Origin: Candidatus Omnitrophota bacterium
Lineage (GTDB): Bacteria; Omnitrophota; Gorgyraeia; Gygaellales; JBFMHM01
Assembly (NCBI GenBank): GCA_040753015.1
Contig: JBFMHM010000001.1
Span: 275,157-339,156 of the forward strand
Length of the DNA stretch: 64,000 nt
Direction: 5' to 3'
In this document: positions 49,987-59,108 of the stretch, piece by piece
Position numbering within the stretch: position 1 is the stretch's first letter
Layout: each line of letters starts with the position of its first letter
Program-made: the position numbers and the translations under genes
The notes under the pieces: generated by a model
What the model was told of the DNA's origin: nothing
The model's database searches: none
What the model saw: only the letters and a program-made list of their open reading frames with translations

Positions 49987-50523
49987 TTTGACCTTTGCCG
50001 TCCTAATTACACGGTCTTCTAATTTGTAGCCTTTTTGCAATTCTTCAATCACAACATTCTCTGGGAATTTATCTGTTTCTTCAACTAATAAAGCCTCATG
50101 CATACTCGGATCAAACTTTTTTCCCTTTGCCTCAATTGGCAAAAGCCCTTTCTTTTTTAATAATTCGTAAAGATGCGCTAAAATCATTTCTATCCCTTTT
50201 AAAAAAGTAGTAAAATCTTCTCTTTCTTCTTCCGCGGCTTCAACTGTACGCTCGAGATCATCTAAAATACCAAGTAATTCAACAATCAATCCTTCATTAG
50301 CAAACTTAATAAACAAATCTTGTTCTTTCTGCATCCTTTTTCTTACATTATCAAATTCTGCCTGTAACCTCAAATATTTATCCCAGCAATCTTTGGCTTT
50401 TTTAGCTTCTTCTCTTAATAAAATAAGCTCATCTTCATTAATCGAAATTAACTTTTTTTCATCTTGAGGATGCAAAATTTCCTCTTCTGGCTTATCTTCT
50501 TTTTTATTATTCATCAATTTCAC
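49960..50523 (-). CDS. grpE: Nucleotide exchange factor GrpE
   Basis: 187 aa, GrpE profile. C-terminal residues are encoded by the repeat (possible 3' alteration). Confidence 0.85.
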   Translation of the reverse strand: MKLMNNKKEDKPEEEILHPQDEKKLISINEDELILLREEAKKAKDCWDKYLRLQAEFDNVRKRMQKEQDLFIKFANEGLIVELLGILDDLERTVEAAEEEREDFTTFLKGIEMILAHLYELLKKKGLLPIEAKGKKFDPSMHEALLVEETDKFPENVVIEELQKGYKLEDRVIRTAKVKVATAKKQK

Positions 50524-51256
50524 CGAAAAAATCAGATAAAAGACACGACGTATATTCGATCAAAGGTATAACTTGAGAATAACGAAGACGCGTTGGGCCT
50601 AATACAGCAATCCTGCCAGCAGGCCTAGCTTTTCTTTTATAAGTAGATATAATCATTGTACAATCCTTCATTTCATCTATAATGTTTTCTTGGCCAATAT
50701 AAATTTTCAAAGGTTCTTCGATATTCTGATTAATTGTCTTTAATAAATTCTCTTTTTCTTCTAATGCGCCAAACAATGCACGCAATTTTTTGATATCGTT
50801 AAATTCCGGATGCTCAAAGATAAAAGAAGTACCATTAAAATAAATTTTATGCTCCCAATCCGTAAATGACACGAGGCTTGGATAATGCGATAATCTTGCC
50901 AGCATGTCCGAAGCTTTTTCAAGAAACTCTGAAATATCTAAATTATCAAAATCTAACTCCTTGCTTATCATTTCCTTTTGACACCCCTGTATTTCATTAT
51001 GGCCTAAAATATTATCTACATAAAAACGATATCCCTTATCGGTCGGGATCCTCCCGGCAGAAGTATGTGGATGTGTTATAAATTCCATCTCCTCTAAATC
51101 TGCCATGGCATTACGAATAGTAGCAGAACTTAAACCAAAATTAAACTCTTTAGCAATAAATTCTGAACTTATCGGAAACGAGTTAGCGATAAAAGACTCT
51201 ATTATTGCGCCAAGTATATTTTTCCGTCTTGCCTCTAAATCAGCTATTCTAATCAT
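50507..51256 (-). CDS. hrcA: Heat-inducible transcription repressor HrcA (short form)
   Basis: N-terminal winged-helix with HrcA-like context (hrcA-grpE-dnaK-dnaJ). A CIRCE lies upstream. Confidence 0.7.
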   Translation of the reverse strand: MIRIADLEARRKNILGAIIESFIANSFPISSEFIAKEFNFGLSSATIRNAMADLEEMEFITHPHTSAGRIPTDKGYRFYVDNILGHNEIQGCQKEMISKELDFDNLDISEFLEKASDMLARLSHYPSLVSFTDWEHKIYFNGTSFIFEHPEFNDIKKLRALFGALEEKENLLKTINQNIEEPLKIYIGQENIIDEMKDCTMIISTYKRKARPAGRIAVLGPTRLRYSQVIPLIEYTSCLLSDFFGEIDE

Positions 51257-51271
51257 ATTAATTCCCCTATT

Positions 51272-51298
51272 TTAGCAATCTCAAGCTGCGAGTGCTAA
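51272..51298. promoter_or_regulatory. CIRCE operator (HrcA binding site)
   Basis: TTAGCAATC-tcaagctgc-GAGTGCTAA matches TTAGCACTC-N9-GAGTGCTAA with one mismatch. Lies 16 nt upstream of the hrcA start. Confidence 0.8.
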
Positions 51299-51322
51299 AA
51301 ATGAATTTTAGCATAAATGAAA

Positions 51323-52669
51323 TTAGAATGCAACTTTTTTTATTAATTTTTTAAACTCTGGGAAAGATTTATTTACACAAGAAATATCATCAAGCCTAGA
51401 ACAGCCTTGCGCGGCTAATGCAGCAATTACTAAACTCATTGCGCTACGATGATCATTAAAACTCTTTAATTTCACGCCTCTTAATTTAACAGGCCCATTT
51501 ATAATAATTGTATCGTCTTTTTTAACTTCTATATTTGCGCCCATTTTTCTTAAATTAACTACCATAGAGCTAATCCGGTCTGTTTCTTTGACGCGTAATT
51601 CTTTAGCTTGTTCAATTATAGTAGTGCCGCAAGCCATACACGCTGCAACCATTAAAATAGGTATCTCGTCAATTAAAAGAGGCAACTCCTGATGTTTAAT
51701 CCTAGTTGCCCGTAGGGGGCGAGCATGCCTGCCCCCTACTACTACAATATCACCAATCGGCTCCCCGCTTTCAATTCTATAATTTTTAATTTTAATATCC
51801 GCATTCATACGTAAAAGTACCTTTAAAGCACCTGTACGCGTAGGATTTAAACCCACATTCCTAATTATTATTTCTGAACCAAAAATAATTAAAGCAGCGA
51901 CGATAAAAAATATTGCCGAAGAAAAATCTCCTGGTATAATAATTTCTCCTGGTGAAACTAATTGTTTTATCTGATTCAAGGAAATTAAACGGCCTGTCTT
52001 ATTTTTTCCGCCTATAGCGGAAATTTTTATATCAGCACCAAATAATTTTAACATCCGCTCTGTATGGTCACGGCAAACCTGTGATTCAATTATTCCAGTC
52101 TTACCCTTCGCATAAAGTCCGGCCAAAAGAATTGCTGACTTAACCTGCGCTGAAGCAACCTCTAATTTATATTTTATCCCGTGCAACTCTGCTGGTTTTA
52201 TAGTTAATGGCGGATAATATTCTCGTTTTGCGTTTTTCGCTTTGCACTTTGCACTTATTTCTGCCCCCATCAATTCTAAAGGCTTAATTACACGCCCCAT
52301 TGGCCGCTTATTCAAAGAAGGGGCAGCTTGTAATTTACTTTTGAATTTTTGCCCTACAAGTAAACCGAGCAGTATCCTTATTGTTGTACCAGATTCACCA
52401 GCATAGAGAGGGGTTTGAGGCGGCCTTAAACCAAACAAACCTTTGCCTTGAATTTGCGCCAAAGTTTTTTTTCTATTAATTTTAATACCTAGTCGTTTAA
52501 AAATTCTTAAGGTGTAAAAACAATCACGGCTTGAAGAAAAATTTTTAATTTTAGTTAAACCCTTGCCTATGGATGCTAGGATTATAGCCCGGTGAGTTAT
52601 TGATTTATCAAAAGGGATTTTAATATCCCCTTTTACTTTCGATGCTGGCTTAACTAAAAAAGAAATCAT
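51323..52669 (-). CDS. aroA: 3-phosphoshikimate 1-carboxyvinyltransferase (EPSP synthase)
   Basis: KSITHRAIILASIG, LYAGESGTTIR and VKETDRISSMVVNLRKMGANIE match AroA motifs. Confidence 0.8.
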   Translation of the reverse strand: MISFLVKPASKVKGDIKIPFDKSITHRAIILASIGKGLTKIKNFSSSRDCFYTLRIFKRLGIKINRKKTLAQIQGKGLFGLRPPQTPLYAGESGTTIRILLGLLVGQKFKSKLQAAPSLNKRPMGRVIKPLELMGAEISAKCKAKNAKREYYPPLTIKPAELHGIKYKLEVASAQVKSAILLAGLYAKGKTGIIESQVCRDHTERMLKLFGADIKISAIGGKNKTGRLISLNQIKQLVSPGEIIIPGDFSSAIFFIVAALIIFGSEIIIRNVGLNPTRTGALKVLLRMNADIKIKNYRIESGEPIGDIVVVGGRHARPLRATRIKHQELPLLIDEIPILMVAACMACGTTIIEQAKELRVKETDRISSMVVNLRKMGANIEVKKDDTIIINGPVKLRGVKLKSFNDHRSAMSLVIAALAAQGCSRLDDISCVNKSFPEFKKLIKKVAF

Positions 52670-53424
52670 TGCTCAACTTTAAGAATAAGATTATCTCCTT
52701 CTTTTAGCTTACCAACGATATCTCTCTCTGTAAAGCTTAAAACGGACATAGCTTCTTTTGCTTCCTCGATATAGCCCTTGCCGAGTGATACACCTTTAGA
52801 ATCATTTATAAAGAATACATCTGATGTTTTAAATCCGTCTTTTTGCCCTAAATTAATCACTATAAAGTTGTATTCTTTATTTAAAGTCAAAATTTGCGCC
52901 TGAAACTTGTCAGTCTTCTTAGGGCTGATTATAATTTTCCCGAGCTCGACTTTATCTGATGATGACTCAAATTCTTTCACTTTTTCTTCTAATTTCTGTT
53001 TTGCTTTTACAAGATCAGAGAATTTCGCTTTTGCCTCGCTTAACTCTTTCTTTGTTTGATTAAGTTCTATCTCTATCTTAGACTTTAAATTATTCATTGA
53101 ATTTAAATCAGCTTTTACCTCGTCTAATTCTTTGGAAACTCTCTGCCTTTCACTTTTTTCAGATTCAAATTGGCTAACTAATGATAATAAATCTGCCTCG
53201 CTTTCTGAAAGTTTATCTTTTAAAATAACTACTTCTTTACGCGTTGCATCCAAAGTCATCTCTAAATCTTTTTTCCTTTTTTGCAGATCATCAACTTGCG
53301 CTTCTAAACCAATCCTTTTATCTTTCTCTTTCTGCCAAGATAAAAATGTTGATACTGCCGCACCAAAAGCAAGCACTACTAATACTACTAAAAATATTAT
53401 CCTTGTATTACCATTCCTATTCAT
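52666..53424 (-). CDS. Membrane-anchored coiled-coil protein (252 aa)
   Basis: N-terminal TM helix, then a long heptad-rich E/K/L region. Confidence 0.4.
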   Translation of the reverse strand: MNRNGNTRIIFLVVLVVLAFGAAVSTFLSWQKEKDKRIGLEAQVDDLQKRKKDLEMTLDATRKEVVILKDKLSESEADLLSLVSQFESEKSERQRVSKELDEVKADLNSMNNLKSKIEIELNQTKKELSEAKAKFSDLVKAKQKLEEKVKEFESSSDKVELGKIIISPKKTDKFQAQILTLNKEYNFIVINLGQKDGFKTSDVFFINDSKGVSLGKGYIEEAKEAMSVLSFTERDIVGKLKEGDNLILKVEQ

Positions 53425-54992
53425 CTTTCACCTCGTTTATTTTTTGAATATTTTTTAGATTTTTCAATTGCCTTACTAAAATACCCGCCAGTCAAAGCAT
53501 CTATTGATGCCGTTAATTCCTCAAGCCGCAGTTCTTTTTCTATAATCTTGCGAGTATCTTGCGGAGGAGACATAAAAAGTTCTGCCTGCAGCCGGCGCCT
53601 CTCAAAATAAATACGGGTAACCTCATTTAAAATATCATCGCGCAACTGCACCATTAGACGGCTACGAACGTCGATAGATGTTTGATCTGGGTTATATATT
53701 AAATCTGCTAAATCCCACTTAAAATTTACTCCCCAATCTTTTGGCCCAACCGCAAAAGCCCCTGTTGATGAACCATAGACATTTTTATCATAGGCTAAAT
53801 CCAACTCTGGTAAAAACGCTCTTGCAGCTGCCTGTCTTCGCCAATTTATGATTTTTTGAGGGCTGACTTCTGCATATTTTATAGCAACTTTTTGCACATC
53901 TTGAATAGTTGGCTCATCCTTAAAATGCTCTAAAATATTTTTTTCGTCTTTAACAATTTTATTATCTCTTATTAATTCTTCTTTGGACCTATATAAACCT
54001 TGCTGTGTCGCTAATAAAAAATTATCTTCAATATCTTGAAATAAAAATCTTAAATTCTCTGAATCAAGGCCGCGGTATAGGTTATGCCAAATTTCATCTT
54101 TATATTCAAAAATACTTCTCTTTGATAAAACATAAAGGTTATTTTCCTTTGAAACAAAAACCTGAATTAATTTTCTATCAAATAATCCTTGTTCATTAAA
54201 CTTCTGCCAAGTTCCAGCATCGTCTTCTGATTTAAAAATCCCGAATATTGTTGCTAAATAAAAAATATTATGTTTTTTTCTATCTTGGGCAATAAAATTT
54301 ATTTGCGAAATACTTGTTTCCTCGCTAAGCTTATCATCATCGCTATTCTCATCGCTTTCTTCGGTATCTTGCGCAATCCAGGTAAAAATTCTCTGCCAAT
54401 ACTGGCCTAAATCGAGTGATTTAAAAACACCTCTACTTGAAACAGCATATAAAACTTTCGGATTACTATAATCTGCTATTATATTCAAAACCTCTGTATT
54501 TAGTAAATCGCCGCTAACCTTATTCCAAGTTTTTAAATCATCACTATAGAAAAGCCCGTAATCTGTAGCAAGAAAAATCCTATTCAGGCTAACACAAACA
54601 TAATTGCAATTCTTTTCTCCTCGGCTTTTTCCGTCAAAAACTTTATTCCAATTACGGCCGTCATTTTTACTAATAAACAACCCATTGCCGGTTGCAGCAA
54701 AAAGAATATTTCGTTTTTTATATTGAAAATAAGACAAATAATTTACGGTTTTAGTATCCCCTGTGACATTTAAAACTTCCTGAGCCTCTTTTTCTTTTAT
54801 AACTTTTAAAACTGAGCGGTCTGTGCCAACAAAGATTATATCTTTATTTTTTGGGTGAACGCATACTGAATAGAAATTAAAATCCGGGCCAAGGTTAAGT
54901 TGCTGCCAAACTGTTTCTTTTGCGGCAAATGTATGAATTGGGAAAAAAATAAAACAAATTAATATTCCCAAAAATAATTTAGCCCTGCCCAT
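53421..54992 (-). CDS. Secreted BNR/Ycf48-like beta-propeller repeat protein
   Basis: Signal peptide. Repeated D-G-x-x-W-type blades (DGRNWNKV, DLKTWNKV, DAGTWQKF). Confidence 0.5.
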   Translation of the reverse strand: MGRAKLFLGILICFIFFPIHTFAAKETVWQQLNLGPDFNFYSVCVHPKNKDIIFVGTDRSVLKVIKEKEAQEVLNVTGDTKTVNYLSYFQYKKRNILFAATGNGLFISKNDGRNWNKVFDGKSRGEKNCNYVCVSLNRIFLATDYGLFYSDDLKTWNKVSGDLLNTEVLNIIADYSNPKVLYAVSSRGVFKSLDLGQYWQRIFTWIAQDTEESDENSDDDKLSEETSISQINFIAQDRKKHNIFYLATIFGIFKSEDDAGTWQKFNEQGLFDRKLIQVFVSKENNLYVLSKRSIFEYKDEIWHNLYRGLDSENLRFLFQDIEDNFLLATQQGLYRSKEELIRDNKIVKDEKNILEHFKDEPTIQDVQKVAIKYAEVSPQKIINWRRQAAARAFLPELDLAYDKNVYGSSTGAFAVGPKDWGVNFKWDLADLIYNPDQTSIDVRSRLMVQLRDDILNEVTRIYFERRRLQAELFMSPPQDTRKIIEKELRLEELTASIDALTGGYFSKAIEKSKKYSKNKRGER

Positions 54993-55012
54993 TCTTTATC
55001 TACCTCCACTTA

Positions 55013-55031
55013 TCCAACCTAGGCGGTCGGA
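55013..55031 (+). repeat. Terminal inverted repeat (left) of the MNT-like module
   Basis: cctaggcggtcggatttag. Its partner at 55667-55683 is ctaatccgacctacgcc (reverse complement ggcgtaggtcggattag). Confidence 0.6.
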
Positions 55032-55042
55032 TTTAGTTATAT

Positions 55043-55507
55043 TTATCTAGATCGTTTATTTTTAAATTTTAATAAATAATCTACGTCAATCTTGTCTATC
55101 GGCCGATTAGAAATTTTCTTACTCTTTATTAATTCTCTAAACCCGATAATTATAATTTTTTGTCCGGCTATTTTAGAAGTTTTTCTGCCACGCCATATTT
55201 CTTTAAATTTACTTCCGCTTATCGAAGTTAAAAGATCAACTCTTACAGGTTCATACCCAAGTTGTATAATTGCTCCTTCTCTCTCAAAGTCTTCTGGTTT
55301 CAATTTTAGACTACTAAAACCAAACTCTCTAAGTGATTTTATGATTTTTTTACCATTTTCTAAATCAGGCTCAACTAATAAATCTATATCTTTACTATAT
55401 CTTGGTTTTGAATAAAACGCAACAGCATACGCCCCGACAACGCAATACCTAACTTTATTCTTATTGAATAACTTTAATAACTCTTTGAAGTCCTTTTCTA
55501 ATTCCAT
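55043..55507 (-). CDS. Minimal nucleotidyltransferase-fold protein (MNT/AbiEii-like)
   Basis: 154 aa. VRYCVVGAYAVAFYSKPRYSKDIDLLV is the GG..A...YG..R.T.DID nucleotidyltransferase pattern. Confidence 0.5.
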   Translation of the reverse strand: MELEKDFKELLKLFNKNKVRYCVVGAYAVAFYSKPRYSKDIDLLVEPDLENGKKIIKSLREFGFSSLKLKPEDFEREGAIIQLGYEPVRVDLLTSISGSKFKEIWRGRKTSKIAGQKIIIIGFRELIKSKKISNRPIDKIDVDYLLKFKNKRSR

Positions 55508-55652
55508 ATTTACCTTTAATTTTATAATAATCTTCTCTTAAGGATTGCATCAGCGCAAGTTTTTTTGCGCCAGACATAGCTAAATAAAATTTAATATCAG
55601 ACTCTTCTGCTTCTTTAAACGAATGCGCTATATTTACCCAAATCTTTTTCAT
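55461..55652 (-). CDS. Small partner protein (63 aa) overlapping the nucleotidyltransferase gene
   Basis: Overlaps 55043-55507 by 47 nt on the same strand. Likely the antitoxin-like partner. Confidence 0.35.
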   Translation of the reverse strand: MKKIWVNIAHSFKEAEESDIKFYLAMSGAKKLALMQSLREDYYKIKGKYGIRKGLQRVIKVIQ

Positions 55653-55715
55653 TTTCTCTTTTTCCTAATCCGACCTACGCCTTATCCCATTCTGTCAGAA
55701 TTGGAAGTCACAAAT

Positions 55716-55925
55716 TATGATCTCCAATTCTTAAACTCTTCCTTATTCAATCGAAACATAAAGTCTTCCGGAAACCGCTCAATATTACACTTCGTCGCTT
55801 GATTAAGCACTCTTGTAGATACTTCATATAGAATAGCTAAATCCCTGTCTAGCATAACTCTCTTGCCTCTAATTAATAAGATTTTATTCTCAATAATTTC
55901 TCGAGGTATAAATTCTTTAATTTTT
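55716..55925 (-). pseudogene. ORF6N-domain gene remnant (N-terminal ~65 codons, start codon lost, premature stop)
   Basis: ...[64 protein letters not shown] is homologous at DNA and protein level to the 5' third of the ORF6N genes at 57542-58075 and 59693-60220. Confidence 0.7.
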
Positions 55926-55934
55926 TATTAGTTT

Positions 55935-57488
55935 CTATTTTCGAGGCCTGACCCCGGTTTTGCTGACTTCTACTTTTAATGGTTCGACGTCAGCACGCAC
56001 AGCTTTTACTTCCCAATAGAATTTTTGATTTTGGTTTCCATCTTTTGTTGTAGCAACTTTAAACTTGCTATCTGCTATTTTACCATCTAGATAAATTAAT
56101 GATGCTCCGTCAATACAAGTTAATTGCAAAGTACGATTTTCTTTTCTGGTAAGTTTTTCAAAATATGCTGGTAATATAATTTCAACCTTACCGTCTTTTA
56201 ACTGCGCCTCTCCCCGATAGTAAACTGCAACCTCTGGTCCTTCAATGCAAGCATGAACTAAATCTTTATTTTGTGGGTTGAGTGGGTGATCAATTACAAA
56301 ATTTTTTACTCTTGCTGCAACAACCCCCGTAACATCAAAATTGCCTTTTATATAGACATTACCTGTAAAAACAGCAATATTATCACCGTAATCGGTGTCA
56401 CGTCCTACCATTAGTCTTGAACCATACAAGCCTTTTCCGCCAGTAAAATATCCTCCATAAGATTGATCACTACGAGTAAAACCTTCCACTCCCCGATATT
56501 GATCCGACCAACCATACACGCCACAAGAAGCAACGCCTTGAGCAGCACCAGCTACTCCATGTACATCATTATTTTCAAATAAAGCCGCCTGTCCAAACAC
56601 ACTTGCACTAAAGTTAAAAATCCGATTAGTATCACCTATTAAACCATACACAGCTGCATTTCTATTATGCACACCCGTCCAACTAACCCTCCCCATAACA
56701 CCATAAGCATGATTATCTCCCGCATCCACATATCCAAAAACTCCTGTTGGTCTATCTGAAAGACTATTCTCAGGAAAATCATCAGCAACATAGCCCATAA
56801 CACCCGATGGACTATCCGCATTAGAATGAGACAAGCCTAATACACCGTAAGTATTCCCGGCTATGGCAAGAGCCTCACCGTACAACCCTGCTGCTCCATC
56901 AAAAGTAGAAGAGGTAACACCATATACACCATAAGTAGGACCTTGCGTTGATTTTCCAAATACACCTGCTGAATATTGCCTAGCTGAATTTGTTTTACCC
57001 GCAACTCCATGTGCATAATGATTCCGACTATTATCTGGAAGAATCGTCTCGCCATATACACCGGCTGAAAACGACTCTTCATTAAAATCATTCTCGGGTA
57101 TCCACATACCACTATTAACCTGTCCATGCACACCATAGTACATAGTATCATTTCTTCCAACCAAACCCTGTCCTAATATTGCACTAGCATAATCCCTAGT
57201 ACGATTATATTGTGCATACAACGTAGTACCATAATCGGATCCCGCGCCTTCTGGTGGAGAATAAATACCACCTACTTGCAAAAGAGCTAAAAATCCCCCA
57301 CTCAAGAACTGCTCCTGCGCGCCTTCGCCAGTTGTACCTATCCACATCCTCTTTGCTTTTAGTTCGTTATATACGCCATAAGGCGCGGGGTAATAGGTTG
57401 AAAGCGTGATGGTTTCTTCTTGGGCGAAAGAATTAACACCACTAAACAACAAAAACACAAAAACTAATCTGAAAATTTTACTTTGCAT
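55935..57488 (-). CDS. Secreted glycine/tyrosine-rich repeat protein (517 aa)
   Basis: Signal peptide. ~14 irregular x-G-V-x-G-x repeats (SAGVYGE, AHGVAGK, TYGVYGV, TGVFGY...). Non-repetitive C-terminal ~120 aa. Confidence 0.6.
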   Translation of the reverse strand: MQSKIFRLVFVFLLFSGVNSFAQEETITLSTYYPAPYGVYNELKAKRMWIGTTGEGAQEQFLSGGFLALLQVGGIYSPPEGAGSDYGTTLYAQYNRTRDYASAILGQGLVGRNDTMYYGVHGQVNSGMWIPENDFNEESFSAGVYGETILPDNSRNHYAHGVAGKTNSARQYSAGVFGKSTQGPTYGVYGVTSSTFDGAAGLYGEALAIAGNTYGVLGLSHSNADSPSGVMGYVADDFPENSLSDRPTGVFGYVDAGDNHAYGVMGRVSWTGVHNRNAAVYGLIGDTNRIFNFSASVFGQAALFENNDVHGVAGAAQGVASCGVYGWSDQYRGVEGFTRSDQSYGGYFTGGKGLYGSRLMVGRDTDYGDNIAVFTGNVYIKGNFDVTGVVAARVKNFVIDHPLNPQNKDLVHACIEGPEVAVYYRGEAQLKDGKVEIILPAYFEKLTRKENRTLQLTCIDGASLIYLDGKIADSKFKVATTKDGNQNQKFYWEVKAVRADVEPLKVEVSKTGVRPRK

Positions 57489-57548
57489 TAAGCACCTCCA
57501 TTGCAGCCGCTAAAGCGCAAAATACGCTAAAGCGCTAAATTTTATTGA
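57489..57548 (+). promoter_or_regulatory. Second copy of the dnaK-type leader (RBS GGAGGTG, TTGCAGCCGC, 4x TTTAGCG-like units)
   Basis: Transcribed strand: TTGTCAATAAAATTTAGCGCTTTAGCGTATTTTGCGCTTTAGCGGCTGCAATGGAGGTG. Confidence 0.7.
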
Positions 57549-58075
57549 CAACCTTTTTTAATATCACGGTTTGGATGAAAACCAATTATTTTCTTTTCTT
57601 TAACCGTCGGCGGTTCAAACAAATTTCTAAGCGCATCAAAAACCATTTTAAAATGCGAGTCATATTTCTTTTCCATCGTTTCAATCTTACGCCTTAACGC
57701 TGTATAAGTCAACGCCATACGTTTAAAATTAACAAATGCGCGCATAATCTGTATATTTGCCATTACCGCACGCCTACTGCGTAAAACGCTTGAAAGCATA
57801 GCCACGCCTTGCTCGGTAAATGCATAAGGCAAATAACCACCTAAAACCTGTAGCGATGGTATCACATTTTGTGATACCATAATTTTAACTTCTGCATTTG
57901 TAATTCGAAACATAAAATCTTCGGGAAATCGCTCTCGATTCCTTTTTACTTGCTGCCTCAGCGCTATGGGCTTAACATCATAAAGAACCGCTAAATCTTT
58001 ATCTAACATTACCCTTTTGCCTCTAATCTGAAAAATCTTATTCTCAATCTGCTCAACTGATAACGATCTACTCAT
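57542..58075 (-). CDS. ORF6N-domain protein (KilA-C/anti-repressor-associated domain family), copy A
   Basis: 177 aa. [47 protein letters not shown] is the ORF6N signature. Confidence 0.7.
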   Translation of the reverse strand: MSRSLSVEQIENKIFQIRGKRVMLDKDLAVLYDVKPIALRQQVKRNRERFPEDFMFRITNAEVKIMVSQNVIPSLQVLGGYLPYAFTEQGVAMLSSVLRSRRAVMANIQIMRAFVNFKRMALTYTALRRKIETMEKKYDSHFKMVFDALRNLFEPPTVKEKKIIGFHPNRDIKKGCQ

Positions 58076-58078
58076 TTC

Positions 58079-58180
58079 TTAACTCCATTTTCCGAAATAA
58101 TTAACAGCACCAAAAAATAAAAACATAAAACCTAATCTAAAAATTTTATTTAATAAATCATCTAATTCTTTTTTATCCAT
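58079..58180 (-). pseudogene. Remnant of a GxxExxY gene 5' end fused to cassette sequence
   Basis: MDKKELDDLLNK... vs MDKQQLDELSNK of the intact GxxExxY gene, then divergent (IFRLGFMFLFFGAVNYFGKWS*). An identical copy lies at 60224-60325. Confidence 0.5.
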
Positions 58181-58208
58181 TTTTGCGTTTTTGCGGTTGC
58201 AACACTTC

Positions 58209-58250
58209 TTTGCGCCTTTGCGGTTGCAATCTTTTGCATCAAACACCTCC
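58209..58250 (+). repeat. 42-nt cassette-boundary repeat, copy 1 (-10-like TATATT nearby, RBS GGAGGTG, uORF MQKIATAKAQ...)
   Basis: tttgcgcctttgcggttgcaatcttttgcatcaaacacctcc, identical at 60354-60395 and 61136-61177. Confidence 0.85.
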
Positions 58251-58261
58251 ATAAAATAAAA

Positions 58262-58681
58262 TTAAAGTTTACAATATAAAACTATTTCTTCTAGGTATTT
58301 TTCAATATCGCTCAACTGATTTGTAAAAATATTAAAAACTTTATTCATATCTATTTTGGCATATTCATGAACGATAACATTGCGAAAACCTGCCATAGAA
58401 CACATAATTTCTAACATCTCTCGACTGATAACTTTTTTTTCATACAAAACATCAAACAAGCCTGAAAAACTCCCCGGTATCCCCCAATCATTATCGGAAA
58501 TAATATGGCTTGCAATATCGATACAACCTTGAATCGCATCCAATAAATTTATACGCACAATATCTTGAACATCTCTATTGTTTAAAAAATTACCTAAACT
58601 AATCCCTTGTTTTTCTTTGAGGCGAGATAAACTATCATTGATATTGGCAATTTTTGCTATAACAATATCACGCTTAACCAT
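58262..58681 (-). CDS. hepT: HepT-like HEPN toxin (DUF86)
   Basis: 139 aa with Rx4HxY motif (RNVIVHEY). Overlaps the upstream mntA by 8 nt. Confidence 0.75.
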   Translation of the reverse strand: MVKRDIVIAKIANINDSLSRLKEKQGISLGNFLNNRDVQDIVRINLLDAIQGCIDIASHIISDNDWGIPGSFSGLFDVLYEKKVISREMLEIMCSMAGFRNVIVHEYAKIDMNKVFNIFTNQLSDIEKYLEEIVLYCKL

Positions 58682-59105
58682 GTTTGCGCTCCTTAATCCT
58701 TCTTATTAACGCATCCTCCATATTTCTTCGTATAAAAAGAAAATCAAAGTATTCCAATACTGCGTACACTTTAAAATTGCGATTTGCCCCTTTATAAGAT
58801 TCGTAAACTTCTACGCCATTTTTTAATACCTGATATTTTAAAAAAGAATTTGCATTATTTAAAATTACAATATCAATATTCTTATCAAAAATCTTACTCA
58901 AATCATTCATTATAGACAGTTTTCTATCGCTATATTCCTGTATCGAGATATTCTCATTAAGAAAAACAGCAATATCAATATCGCTAAATTTATTTGTTTT
59001 ATTAGATGCTGCGGAACCAAACAAATAGGCAAACTTTATTTTTCGTTGAGCAGAAAAATATCCATTTAATTTTTCTTTAATATCGCTAATGGTTAAATTA
59101 TACAT
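58674..59105 (-). CDS. mntA: MntA-like nucleotidyltransferase antitoxin
   Basis: GSAASNKTNKFSDIDIAV is the GSx9-13DxD nucleotidyltransferase motif. Confidence 0.75.
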   Translation of the reverse strand: MYNLTISDIKEKLNGYFSAQRKIKFAYLFGSAASNKTNKFSDIDIAVFLNENISIQEYSDRKLSIMNDLSKIFDKNIDIVILNNANSFLKYQVLKNGVEVYESYKGANRNFKVYAVLEYFDFLFIRRNMEDALIRRIKERKHG

Positions 59106-59108
59106 ATT

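Noticed and set aside
50507-51256. Doubt whether the 249-aa protein is really HrcA, since typical HrcA is ~340 aa
   Set aside because: Kept as HrcA because of its position (hrcA-grpE-dnaK-dnaJ), the N-terminal winged-helix similarity and a canonical CIRCE 16 nt upstream. Confidence lowered to 0.7.
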